Of a stretch of DNA of 64,000 nucleotides, positions 36,670-48,233 are shown in pieces. The stretch lies in NCBI GenBank assembly GCA_030141605.1, contig JAQGDQ010000006.1, positions 434,001-498,000 on the forward strand, in the 5' to 3' direction. The stretch comes from Tubiluchus corallicola. Its lineage: Eukaryota; Animalia; Priapulida. The notes beneath the pieces were generated by a model. The model was not told the origin of the DNA. It saw only the letters and a list, made by a program, of their open reading frames with translations, and did not search any database. A program made the translations under genes and the position numbers. The stretch's first letter is position 1. Every line of letters starts with the position of its first letter.

Positions 36670-39173
36670 GTATAAAAAGAGGAAGTGACGAAATGTTTTT
36701 TGTTGTTGCGTATTTCGTTTTTGTGATTAGCGGCTACGCTGGCGGCATCAAACGGCGGATGATTAAAAATATTGACCAGCGCACTGACTGTAATAATAAT
36801 ATTCTTAAGTTCACTAATAATGTTGGCATACACGCAATTTCGATAAGCCAAAATCACTTTTGCGTTTTTAATTAAAGAAGGACATATTAGTTTTAAAAAA
36901 ACTGAAAACATTTCATGAAAAGGAAAAATTGTAGCATTAAGTTTGTGTTACGTACTTTGCAAATACTTCTTCAGTTTTCTTGTAAGTAAAATTTTATTGT
37001 TCTTTCTGAGGAAAGAGGCTAGCTGACTGCATGATGGGCTGCCTACTATGTAAAAAGTAATGCATTTTTTTATTGGTTTTTCTCTCCCTTCCTCTCAGAG
37101 AGAGAGGGGGGAGGAAGGACGGGAGAGAGACGGACACACACAGAGAGATCCTTCTTTTCCTTTTGTTGAAGGTTCTGCCATTTGTTTCTTGGTGGTTTTA
37201 CTCCAATGTGAGGTAGCAAATTTGACACGTTCAAAATTGCACGCATTTACGTGCCCTGCAATTAATCTATATAATTACACATATATTATATTGTAGGTTT
37301 GTATATAAATAATGCGCACACCCATGCATGAACACAACAAGTAATTGCACACGGTGCTTCATATATAAATAATCAATACAGTAGCAGAGATGAGTAGGAC
37401 TAGCTGAATTGCCAGCCTAGGGCATTGTAACCTGTAGCGGATAGCCCTATAGGCTGAATAGGCTGAAGCCTAAGGCCCGGGATCAAAAGGGGCCTGGCAA
37501 AATAAAACGAAAAAATTTTTTTTGTAAAAAATAAATTGACAAAAGAGCAAGGGGCCCGCCAAAATAAAATATAGAAAAAAGTTTTTTTTTCAAAAGTCAG
37601 TCACTATATTTCAAATCGGGTTTACACAATTCACGTTTACACAGTTTAAGTTCAAAATTTCAGTTTCCGAATTTTTCTGGGGGCAAAGTCAGTTATAATT
37701 ACTTACAAACGACGAGAGCCCCACAAAAACACGTCAGCTCAGCAGTGTAGCAACATTTAAAAGGCCCGTTCCAAGCTCAAGCCTAAGGCCCATAAAATCA
37801 TAATCCGCCGCTGATTGTAACGTCTTGATACACCCATGCACACACACTCATATACCTATATGATGTATGCATTATTACATACAAAGATTCTATGAAGCTG
37901 AGCATATATATTTAACTACATATAAAATGATTGCCCTTAGCACCTAGGCCTGTATAAATTCAATTAATTTAAGCCCATCAATGAATAATATTTATCAAGA
38001 CTTATCTGTGGATTTAGTCACAGGTGTTTTATCAGTACACTTATACAAGTACATTTGTACATGTAAACAAACTGTATTTAATGAACATTTATTTTGATAT
38101 AAGCCTAACTGAATTTCAAAAAAATTAGGCTAAATATAAATGACGCCTACACATGATATATAAGATGTTATGACCCACGTGCAGATTCTAATTTATGCGC
38201 CAGGATGGCTTCTCACCTGAATTCTGTAACTTGATTTTGACCTAGTTAGTTATTATAGACATGGAAGTAATGCAAGGTGCTTAGGATGACAGCTCTGATG
38301 TTTCGTTTTGTCATTTTTTGTTCACTGAAAATTAAAGAGGAGTAATGTCGCAAATGCATCTCCTTTTGTTCAACGTGATTTTATAACCAACTCCAACTCA
38401 TAACAAAGGCCAATGTATGATTATATGCTTTTTAAACATCTTTTAACTTGGAATTAACAAAACATGCAGATGCTTAGACTAAGTTTTGTTCTGGAAAAAT
38501 TATTTGCTCTTTGGAAAAAATTGATTTCCTTTCTATGAAAGGTATTACACATGAAAGTCAGGCCTAATATTTCTTCAAGTTATATTTCCTACTAAGAACA
38601 TATTAAATAGGAATGTTTTTAGAAAACATATTTCTCCAGAAATAGAATACTACATGAGCCAGGGATTTGCAAACTTTCTTTATGATCAGTTTTCTTAACT
38701 TCTTTTGTAAATAAGTCTGTTAATTTTCATGAGATATGAATATAATAGTTTTTATTTACTAATTATTCTTAATGCCTTATGCTTGCTTTAAATAATAGTA
38801 AAAAATACCAAGAATATTAATATAATAGATATAACCGCTGCTATGAATTGCCAAAGAGAGATGTAGGCCTTGCAGTCTTTGCTTACTGTAGAAAATATTT
38901 AACTTGTAACAAAAGTTACAAAACTGTGTTATAATTAGCATTTTGTTAAAATTACCTGGCTACATCCCCGGGAAATTAAAAAAGATATTTTTATTTGTGT
39001 TTTTGCACTCACTGCTGAGCAATTTATGAGCACCTGTTGACCGGCCTGACTTTGGTGGTCTCATCAATTTATCTGCTACGGTACACAGTGGTGTGCGAAC
39101 AGCTTGCGCTGTAGCGTAACTGACGACAACAGTCCGTACTGCTGTGCCGCTAGGGAAACCCAACTGCGCAGTA
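36670..39173. repeat. Segmental tandem duplication, copy A (~2.5 kb)
   Basis: Collinear with 39206-41948 from gtataaa(aa)gaggaagtgacgaaa to actgcgcagta. Confidence 0.95.
37432..37813. mobile_element. hAT-type MITE inserted in duplication copy A
   Basis: 8-bp TSD ATTGTAAC at 37424-37431 and 37814-37821. Imperfect TIRs ctgtagcggata / taatccgccgctg and subterminal aagcctaaggccc repeats. Absent from copy B. Confidence 0.8.
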
Positions 39174-39205
39174 GAATTACTCTACCTACACCATATTCTC
39201 AACGT

Positions 39206-41948
39206 GTATAAAGAGGAAGTGACGAAAATCCTATTGTTACGTATTTTGTTTTTGCGATTAGCGGCTATGCTGGCGGCATCAAACGGCGAATCAGTAAAAA
39301 AAAATTGCGGCGCATTGACTGTAATAATAATATTCTTAAGTTCACCAATAATGTTGGCATACGCTCAATTTTAATAAGCTAAAATCACTTTTGCGTTTTT
39401 AATAAAAGAAGTATATCTCAATTAAAAGCAATTATTAGTTTGAAAAAACTGAAAACATCTCAATTAAAAGCAATTATTAGTTTAAAACAACTGAAAACAT
39501 TTCATGAAAAGGAAAAAAAATTGTAGCAATAAGTTTGTATTATGTACTTGCAAATACCTCTTCAGTTTTCTTGTAAGTAAAATTTTATTGTTTTTCCTGA
39601 GGAAAGAGGCTAGCTGACTGTGTGGTGGGCTGCCTACTATGTAAAAAAGTAATGCATTTTTAGTGATTCATTGATTTTTCTCTCCCTCCCTCTCTAAGAG
39701 AGAAAGAGAGGAAGGGAGAGAGAGAAAGAGAGAGGGAGAGGAAGAGAAACGGTGAAAGGGAGGGAAGGAGAAAGAAAGAGAGAGACAGAGAGAGGAGAGG
39801 GAGAGAGACAGAAACACACAGAGAGAGATCCTTCTTTTCCTTTTGTTGAAGGTTCTGCCATTTGTTTCTTGGTCATTTTACTCCAATGAGAGGTAGTGAA
39901 TTTGGCACATTAAAAATTGCACCCATTTATGTGCCCTGCAATTAATCTATATAATTACACATATATTATATTGTAGGTTTGTATATAAATAATTCGCACA
40001 CACACGCATGCAAAAACAAGTAATTGCATGATACAGTGCTCCATATATTCAATTCAATTCAAAACATGCATTTATTTCCATATTCATGATATAACTGAGG
40101 CAAGTAAATGTATTTAATTTTCACAATGGAAATACGATGGTGAAAGGCCAAGAGGGTCAACTAGTCAAGCCATCCTTCAATGGATGTATGTGATTATTGG
40201 GATGACACCGTAACTATTTCACTCATGAATAGTAGTGAAATTACATTATTACTATTTTACTTAGCAACTTGATCTGTTTAAAATTCTCTAATCAACTTTA
40301 AATAACTGAAGGATGAAAATGCAATCAAAGATGTCTAAACATACAGGAAAATGATCAACAAAAAGCAATGGTAAGCAAAAGCCAAATAATGTGGTACAAT
40401 TGAATAAAAAACGATCAAAGTTCAAGCTGTCATATCGTCCATGCATAACTCAATATGAGAAAAACATGCAAAATAATAACAATGATACTAAATAAAAAAT
40501 AATAAAAAACAAATTAAATAAAATGAAAAGCAAGCTAGCCAAACAGAAATTTAAATAAACTTTCAAATAGGGAACTGAACCAAGCTGCAAAATACATGCA
40601 TTAAAATAATAACTAAAGAATCTGATTAATAAACAAAACAAAAGAAAAACAAATAAGATCAGCTAAGTTTGAGTCAAATACCGAAAATTAGATTCTATGA
40701 AGCTGCGCCTATATATTTAACTATATAAAATGATTGCCCTTGGCACCTAGACCTGTATAAAATCAATTGATTTAAGCCCATCAATAAATAATATTTATCA
40801 AGACTTGTCAGTGGATTTAGCCACAGGTGTTTTATTAGTACGTTTATACAAGTACATTTTTTACACGTAAGCAAACTGTATTTAATGAACATTTATTTTG
40901 ATGTAAGGCTAACTGAATCTTAAAAAATTAGGCTAAATATAAGTAATGTCTGCACATGATATATAAGGTGTAATGACACGCATGCAGATTCTAATTTATG
41001 CGCCAGGTTGGCTTCTCGCCTGAATTCTGTAACTAGATTTTGACCTAGTTAGTTGGTTGTTATAGAGGTGGAAGTAATGTCGGCTGCTTAGGATGACAGC
41101 TCTGATGTTTCGTTCAGTTATTTTTTGTTCACTGATAATAAAAAAGAGGAGTAATGTCGTAAATGCATCTCTGTGTGTTCAACGTCATTTTATAGCCAAC
41201 TCCAACTCATAACAAAGGCCAATGTATGATTATATGCTTTTTAAATATTTTTAACTGGAATTAACAAAACATGCAGATGGTTAGATTAAGTTTTGTTCTG
41301 GAAAATCATTTGCTCTTCTGAAAAAATCGATTTTTTTTCTATGAAAGGTATTACACATGAAAGTCAGGCCTAATATTTCTTCAAGTTATATTTCCTGATA
41401 AGAACATATTAAATAGGAATGTTTTTAGAAAAAATATTTCTCCAGAAATCGAATACTACATTAGCCAGGTATTTGCAAACTTTCTTTTTGACCAACTTTC
41501 CTAACTTTTGTAAATAAGCCTATTAATTTTTATGCGATATGATTATAATAATTTTTATTTTAACTACTAATTATTCTTAATGCCTTATGCTTGCTTTAAA
41601 TAATATTCAAAAATATAACAGCTGCTATAAATCGCCAAAGAGAGATGTAGGCCTTGCAGTCTTTGCTTAGTGTACAGAATATTTAACTTGTAACAAAAGT
41701 TACAAAACTGTGTTATAATTAATATTTTATTATAATTACCTGGCTGCATCCTTGCGAAATTTAAAAAGATATTTTATTTGTTTTTGCAACTCACTGCTGA
41801 GCAATTTATGAGCGCCTGTTAATCGGTTTTGATGGTCTCATCAATTCATCTGCTACAGTACCCACAGCTTGCGCTGTTGCGTACCTGACAACAGTCCGTA
41901 CTGAACTGCCGCTAGGGCGACACTAACTGCGCGAACCACTGCGCAGTA
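39206..41948. repeat. Segmental tandem duplication, copy B (~2.7 kb)
   Basis: Collinear with copy A. It carries an expanded GA-rich tract (~39690-39830), a local ~42-bp duplication (~39416-39500) and a LINE-tail insertion. Confidence 0.95.
40047..40689 (-). mobile_element. LINE 3' UTR fragment with (TTGAA)n tail, specific to copy B
   Basis: The minus strand ends AATAAATGCATGTTTTGAATTGAATTGAAT, and the segment has no counterpart in copy A. Confidence 0.6.
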
Positions 41949-42130
41949 TGATCCCTACTTTCTGTGGTTTGTATTCTTTGGTGTAAAGTGTGTGCTTTGG
42001 CTCAGGCTGACCTCAATTCAAAGATATCTGCTATTTGTAGCAACCGCTTGTTTATATTAGTAACAGCGTATACAATAATTACGTAATTTTGTTTTATTTA
42101 AAACTTTAATTTTTTGTGCACTCGTAAAAA

Positions 42131-43312
42131 ATGATAACGGGTGAAAAAAGTCAACTTAATGTCTATCAGCGCTACGTGTTTTCCTGTGAAAAGCTTTGTG
42201 TGCCAGTAAATACTTACATTAAAGGATATCTGTTAAGCAAAGAGGATAATAGAACTGATGAACTAAAACTGCCTGGGAATTTGGCCAAAGTGATAAATGA
42301 ATCAGATGCTAGGAGACTTGATGATAATGATGTAAATGTATTATGCGATTTGCTGACTAGTGGAAATGTCGATTGTCGTATTCTTGAATTGCAGTATAAT
42401 AACATTACAGACGTAGGTGCAAATCATTTGAAATGTTTGTTGCAACAGAGTTACTCTTTAGAAGACCTGAATTTGGCATTTAATAGCATAGGAGCCACCG
42501 GGGCCGGAGTTATTGCAGCAGGGCTCCTTGAAAATACAAGTTTAAAGAGCCTTAGTATGTGTGGAAACAAGACAGGTGATATAGGTGGTTTGGCATTTTC
42601 TAATTTGTTGCAGGAAAGTATTTATTTGCAAAAACTTAACATTGGAAATACAGATATTGGACTGACAGCTATTATAGCAATTGCAGATGTACTTCGTCAT
42701 AATTGTGTATTGCGGGTACTAAATATTAATAGACCAATTTATTTTGCACTACAAGAAGAATTATCAGAAGCCATGGCACGAGCACTGAAAGTAAATAGCA
42801 CTCTCGAAGAACTTCATCTTCAGAAATGCAACATAACAGATTTTGGTATCAAGTGGCTTATAGATGAAGGTTTAGTTTATAATAACACATTGAAGCTTTT
42901 GGATCTCGGTTGTAATTTAATATCAAGAGATGGTGCAATAAAAATAGCGTCATTACTTGAAACCAATACCAGTTTAGAAGTCATTGAGCTAGGATGCAAC
43001 AAAGTCGAAAATGATGGTGCAATAGCCATCAGTGAATCTTTAGCATCAAATAATAATTCACTGAAAGTGCTTATGCTGAAAAACAACAACATATCTGGTG
43101 AAGGCATATGTGCATTAATGAAATGCTTGATTAATAATTCATCACTCACCCACCTAGAGCTTTGGGGTAACAGGTTTGATCAGCCAGCTTGCTTAGCTGT
43201 TCAAGAAATTGTTCAAATGGACAGACTTCAGCCACAATTCATTGATCTTAAGCCATATGTTGTAGATGGTGTGGTACAGTTAGCTTTATTGCAGTTTAAT
43301 AAGAATTTTTGA
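42131..43312 (+). CDS. LRRC34: Leucine-rich repeat-containing protein 34 (RI-like LRR), 393 aa, intronless
   Basis: ~28-aa RI-type LRRs plus LRRC34-specific motifs LNINRPIYFALQEE, LWGNRFDQPAC and IDLKPYVVDGVVQLA. Confidence 0.9.
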   Translation: MITGEKSQLNVYQRYVFSCEKLCVPVNTYIKGYLLSKEDNRTDELKLPGNLAKVINESDARRLDDNDVNVLCDLLTSGNVDCRILELQYNNITDVGANHLKCLLQQSYSLEDLNLAFNSIGATGAGVIAAGLLENTSLKSLSMCGNKTGDIGGLAFSNLLQESIYLQKLNIGNTDIGLTAIIAIADVLRHNCVLRVLNINRPIYFALQEELSEAMARALKVNSTLEELHLQKCNITDFGIKWLIDEGLVYNNTLKLLDLGCNLISRDGAIKIASLLETNTSLEVIELGCNKVENDGAIAISESLASNNNSLKVLMLKNNNISGEGICALMKCLINNSSLTHLELWGNRFDQPACLAVQEIVQMDRLQPQFIDLKPYVVDGVVQLALLQFNKNF

Positions 43313-43409
43313 GTTTCCAAATTTTTACTCTTTAATCAGTTGAAATGAATTATAATTTATAATGTCATTTATAATTTATTTTTCTTCTTTTATTGTTGTT
43401 GAGAACATA

Positions 43410-43577
43410 CAATCAAACTTCGCTATAATGCCCCCTTCATTATACTAACCTCCCTGAACACCCACAGTTTTGGAAAAACAATATGTCCGTATTTGCATCG
43501 ACATGTATATATTAATGCACCTTGTTATAATGCCAAACTCGCTTAATGCTAGCTTTTTTGTGGCATGAAATTAGACG
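43410..43577. mobile_element. Short decayed pogo/Tigger-like MITE
   Basis: Left end tacaatcaaacttcgctataatg (cf. CAGTCAAACCTCGCTATAACG) with an internal repeat aaactcgcttaatg. The right end is degenerate. Confidence 0.4.
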
Positions 43578-43904
43578 GTAAAAAGAAATCTTGATGTAAA
43601 TATAGACTTATTCCTTATGGTATAGCAAAATTACTCTGGCTTTCATATAAGTTTCCTCTATTACGATGAACAGTAAATGAAGCCAAGTATTAATTTTGGA
43701 ATTTCGGAATATATTTAAAACTGCAAAATACAAAAAAGAATAACTAATGAAATTTCATTACTCATTTTTCAACTAAACTTTTTATTCTTCATGAAGTATA
43801 TTTTATCAAATAAATTTACAATTATATCACAAAGCCAAATTAACACGTTTTCTTTGATTATTTATAATCAAGATTATTGTCAAGATTATTTAATGTCAAG
43901 ATTA

Positions 43905-44094
43905 TTGATGGTACAAACCCACGATTAATTAAATTTTCAGGCCAAAACCAAAAAAGCGACTGCAAAAAGTTGAAACACAGCCTGGAATTAAACTAGGGTT
44001 CCTCAGCTTGCAAGACTGACGCCTCAACCACAAGGCCACCATGTTTCCCGGTGATCATGCCTCAATTTAAATAACAGTGGGTTTGTACCATCAA
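43905..44094. mobile_element. 190-bp inverted-repeat element enclosing a tRNA-like sequence on the minus strand (~44045-43975)
   Basis: Perfect 18-bp TIR TTGATGGTACAAACCCAC / GTGGGTTTGTACCATCAA. The interior (minus) reads GGTGGCCTTGTGGTTGAGGCG-TCAGT-CTTGCAA-GCTGA-GGAACCCTAGTTTAATTCCAGG. Confidence 0.75.
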
Positions 44095-44129
44095 CTTTTC
44101 GTCTGGTTTTAAGGCAATCATTCAGTACA

Positions 44130-44830
44130 GATGTACATACGGTGTATAAGTTGTGGACTGAGTGATTGACCAGTGTAGCTTCTTATTATAGGCAAAGTGA
44201 GCATATTCCTTGAAAAGTATCACTTTCCTTCTACTATTTAACTTTTATCGTCCATAGCCCAGCATTGTACAAAAACACAAGTTCAACTAAAGTTGAAAAG
44301 ATATGGACTCTGGTTTCAAGAAAAAGCCTATTGTTTCAAAAACCATTATGAGATCTGAATAAGCAGACAATGCAAGAATTTTCCTTCTTTATATGCAGGT
44401 TTTGGTGTTACCAAGTTATGGTTATCAAATTACCAAGATACTTACATCTTTTCCACTAGTCATTACCTTATCTTCAAATATGGTATTTTCCGTCTTTGTA
44501 TTGTTGACTTTAAATTTTATTTTTCTAAACGGTAACTCATCGTGCATTTTGCATCTTGTTGTCCCTCTTTATTTATTTTCAAAACTGAAAATTGGCACTT
44601 TTCAAAGACATCTCTGTAAAAGTTACGAAGAATTAAAGTGCCTGACAGAATATCCAATGATGATCTGTATAATGTGGACCTTGGAGTAAACAAATTCAAC
44701 TAAGAAGATTGCATTGGATTGGGCATGCACTAAGACTGTCTAAAGTCTCCCCTTCCTAGCAACACCTAGATGACAAAACATATTGTAGGTTAGCTTCACT
44801 AAAGGCACGCTAGCAGTTTCAAGGACACCG
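44130..44830 (-). mobile_element. Possible decayed retroelement RT fragment
   Basis: Minus-strand remnants resembling EKCQF and KYLGNLI; heavily degraded. Confidence 0.3.
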
Positions 44831-44874
44831 AATGTACGTACAAAAAAAGTTTTAGCAAATTACAGCAATTCTTC

Positions 44875-44927
44875 TTATTACTACTACTGCTGCTGCTGCT
44901 GCTACTACTACTACTGCTGCTGCTACG

Positions 44928-44976
<49 letters not shown>

Positions 44977-45030
44977 TCATTATTATTCTTATTATTATTA
45001 TGATCATCATCATTAACATTATCATTGTTA
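44875..45030. repeat. Compound trinucleotide microsatellite (CTA/CTG/ATT/ATC)n
   Basis: Directly visible. Confidence 0.95.
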
Positions 45031-45629
45031 TTCTGTTCTTAGCAGTAGTAGTATGAAGTAGTACTCACTAATTGCATTTAGTAGTAGTACATTTACTGGT
45101 CTAGATTCTAACAGTAAAAATAAACTTACTGTTTTAGTTCTTACACAGTTTCCCCTTACACCTAGCTTTATACCATATTAGAATATTAAGCTTGTTAAAG
45201 AACTGAAGGAAAACCTAATAAAGGTGAATTTGTTAAAATATCTAATGGAACGATTCTCGTTATTGGTAATTCAAAACTTGACTACGCAGTTCGTTCTAAT
45301 ATAAGTGAAGTTAGTGGTTCATCTATTTCTGTAGCAAGCGATGAATTGCAAGATACTCTGGATTCACCACTTAGTTCTACTGAGGTTAAGGAATTTCAGT
45401 TGAATCTACTAAGGTAAAGAGACCTTCACACATTTCTAACTTGAATTTGCACCTGTGCAGTCTGTAGAGCCGAAGAAACGTTCTATATTGCGTGATATTT
45501 CTCGTTATATTACTCCCAAGCTGTCACATATTAAATGTGTTATTAGTCTAGGCGATGACTTTCAGACTCCTTGTAATAATTGATAACAGTCTGAGAAGTC
45601 TAATTCTGTATATAATGTAAATACGTTTA

Positions 45630-47960
45630 CTTGCTTATATACTAGTGCAAGAAGCTTAAGTTCCAAGTTTCACGGTTGCTCTTGTTGTCATATATAACCC
45701 ACTTATTTTAAGCATAACTAAGACTTGGTTCAATGAAAACATGGATTTATTTGAATTTTGTTCAGGTTTTCATGAACTGTTTCGTCAAGATCGTCTTTGG
45801 ACGATGGTAGGGGTGGTGGCACTGTGTTATGTGTGAGTAAAAACTTCCAAGGCAGGTTTTTTCCTATTGAACTTTACTAATCTTATATGGGTCGAAATTT
45901 ATCAAGGCAATAAAAGAAATGTTGCTATTGGGTTAGTATACCAATCTCCTAATTCTAGTGCAGTATAAATGATTCAGTGCTCTTTAATATTTAAAACAAT
46001 CTTGATTCTAAGGAATATATTATTTTTGGAGATATCAATTACCCTGATATTAATTGGGAATTTTTGACAGCCTGTTCTAAATCACCTACTGATTTTCTGA
46101 ATGCTACTTTAGATGGTTTCTTTACTCAACGTGTAAATTTTCCTACGTGCGATAAAAACACACTTGAGAATATTATTGATAACGTTCAGGATGTTGGCAA
46201 GCTTGGTAGTAGTGATCATGTTCTTCTTAGTTTTCAAATTACTCTTGCTAGTGATTCCGGCTCCACGTGGATAATGAAATGCTTACTTCACTACAGATAT
46301 TTGAAGGAATGCTTGTCGATCATATTCGTAACTTAAACCCAGTTAAAACACCTGGTCCTAATAATTTTGGTTCTAGACTATTAATTGTGACGGCATTGTG
46401 GTCGCTCCATCACAAATAAAAAATAACTGAATCTTCATGGTTTCACTGCTTTATTAACCGGTAAATTCAAAAAAAGGATTATGATCAAATTAACCACGTT
46501 TTTACGCCATCTTTCTTCTGCTCGACTATCAAAATTTTTGTTTTTCTACTTTCCAACTACAGCGCACTTGCTACGACTCTCGCGCCGAGCGAGATATTAA
46601 TTGAACTTGCAGATTCTTTGTGTAAGCCATTCCCTTTTCTCACTGTATAATCAAAGTTTATGAACTCATCAAGCACCTCATAGTTGGAAGTTAACCAATG
46701 TAACACCTATTTTAAGAAAGGTATGCACAGTGATCCTGATAATAATCAGCCAATTTCTTTAACTTCATTAGTGTGTAAAGCCAAGGAGTCTATTTTGCAG
46801 AGTTATATCATTGATCATTTAAAAAAACTAATTTATTATTTGACTCCCAACATGGATTAACTAAAGGCCATGATGTTAGTTCTGTGTTGATCAAGGGAGT
46901 TTTCTTGATATCATTTATTTTTATCTTGCCAAGACTTCTGATAAAGTGCCTCATCTTAAACTGCTTAAAAAGACTAAAGCACATGGTTTTTCTGGAGATA
47001 TCGTCAATTGGATAAAAGATTGGTTGTTTGGAAGAAAACAACATGTCGTACTTGATGGCGTATAATCATCTGAAAGGTTGATGACAAGTTTTGTTTCACT
47101 GGGATCGATACTCAGACCAGAGTTGTTCACTGTATTCATTAATGATATAGATAATGATATTTCCACTCATATTTTAAAATTTGCAGATGATACAAAATTG
47201 TATTATCCAATTAATTCTGTAGCAGATTCATTAGTTTCACAGCATGATATTGAACAACTAGCTATGTAGGTGGAGTAATGTTATTTAATGTTGATAAATG
47301 TGAGGTAGTGCATTGTGGTTTTGAGTGACTATGTTACGAATAGAACAGCTCTTCAAAGTACAGTAGTAAAAATTATCTTGGTGTGTTAGTAACATCAGAG
47401 ATGAAATTTTTCCAGGAATATGTATCCTCTGTTAAGGAAGCAAGCAAAACCTTGGGCATGCTAAAGCAGCACATCGTGTCTAGAAATAAAGAAATTATAT
47501 TGAAATTATACATTTGTTTGGTTAGACTTTATCTAAAATACTGTGTGCAGCTTTGGAATCCCCATTATCAGAAAGATATATTGCTTATGGAAGGTGTAAA
47601 GGCGTGCTACAAGAATAGTATTCGGTTGTAAAAATCTAGCATTCTAGAAAGGTTGAAATATTGCAGTTTGACCATGCTTGAATTAAGAAGGCACTGTGGC
47701 GATCTATTTGAAGTTTATAAAATACTAACTAGAAATAAAACACTTTACCTGAAAAATTCTTTAATTTAGTTATTGATTCTGAAAACTAAAGGAACATTGT
47801 TTAAAACTGTTTAAAGAGCTGTCACGTCTTTACATTGGTAATATTCATTAACTGTGAGAGTAGTGAATGAATGGAATAATCTGCCCGTCATGGTGTTGCC
47901 ATATCCATCATAGTGAAGTTTAAATCCTTAATCGACAATTATTTTGTGGAAAAATATGGG
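45630..47960 (+). mobile_element. Decayed CR1-clade LINE ORF2 (AP endonuclease + RT), internally deleted
   Basis: EN motifs: YTSARSL, GRGGG, GLVYQSPNS, GDINYPDINW and LGSSDHVLLSF. RT motifs: KTPGPNN, WKLTNVTPI, PISLTSLVCK, DKVPH, FTVFINDID, KFADDTKLY, VQLWNPHYQKDI and RVVNEWNNLP. Multiple stops and frameshifts. Confidence 0.92.
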
Positions 47961-48233
47961 GTTTCTAATTTCCATGAGTGTACTGGGTTAGAGGCTAAAC
48001 TTGTCAGTACAACAGTATATCACGGAGCCGAGATGCCAAGCAGCGAGCGTGGCGTGAATTGTGGGCTAACGAGTGTAAGTGTCCTTAAGGAGCAGTCTTG
48101 TGCATCGATTATATTGACTACCGCCAAAGGCTGCAGTTGCTCCCTGCAAAGCATTGGTTTAACCAGTTTGCTTTCAGTGTAAAGTCCGTTCTCACATATA
48201 ATTTTGTATTACATTTAAAGTTTAAGAAAAATC

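Noticed and set aside
43975-44045. Functional tRNA gene
   Set aside because: The T-loop/B-box is degenerate and no good acceptor stem is evident, so it is treated as a tRNA-derived repeat.
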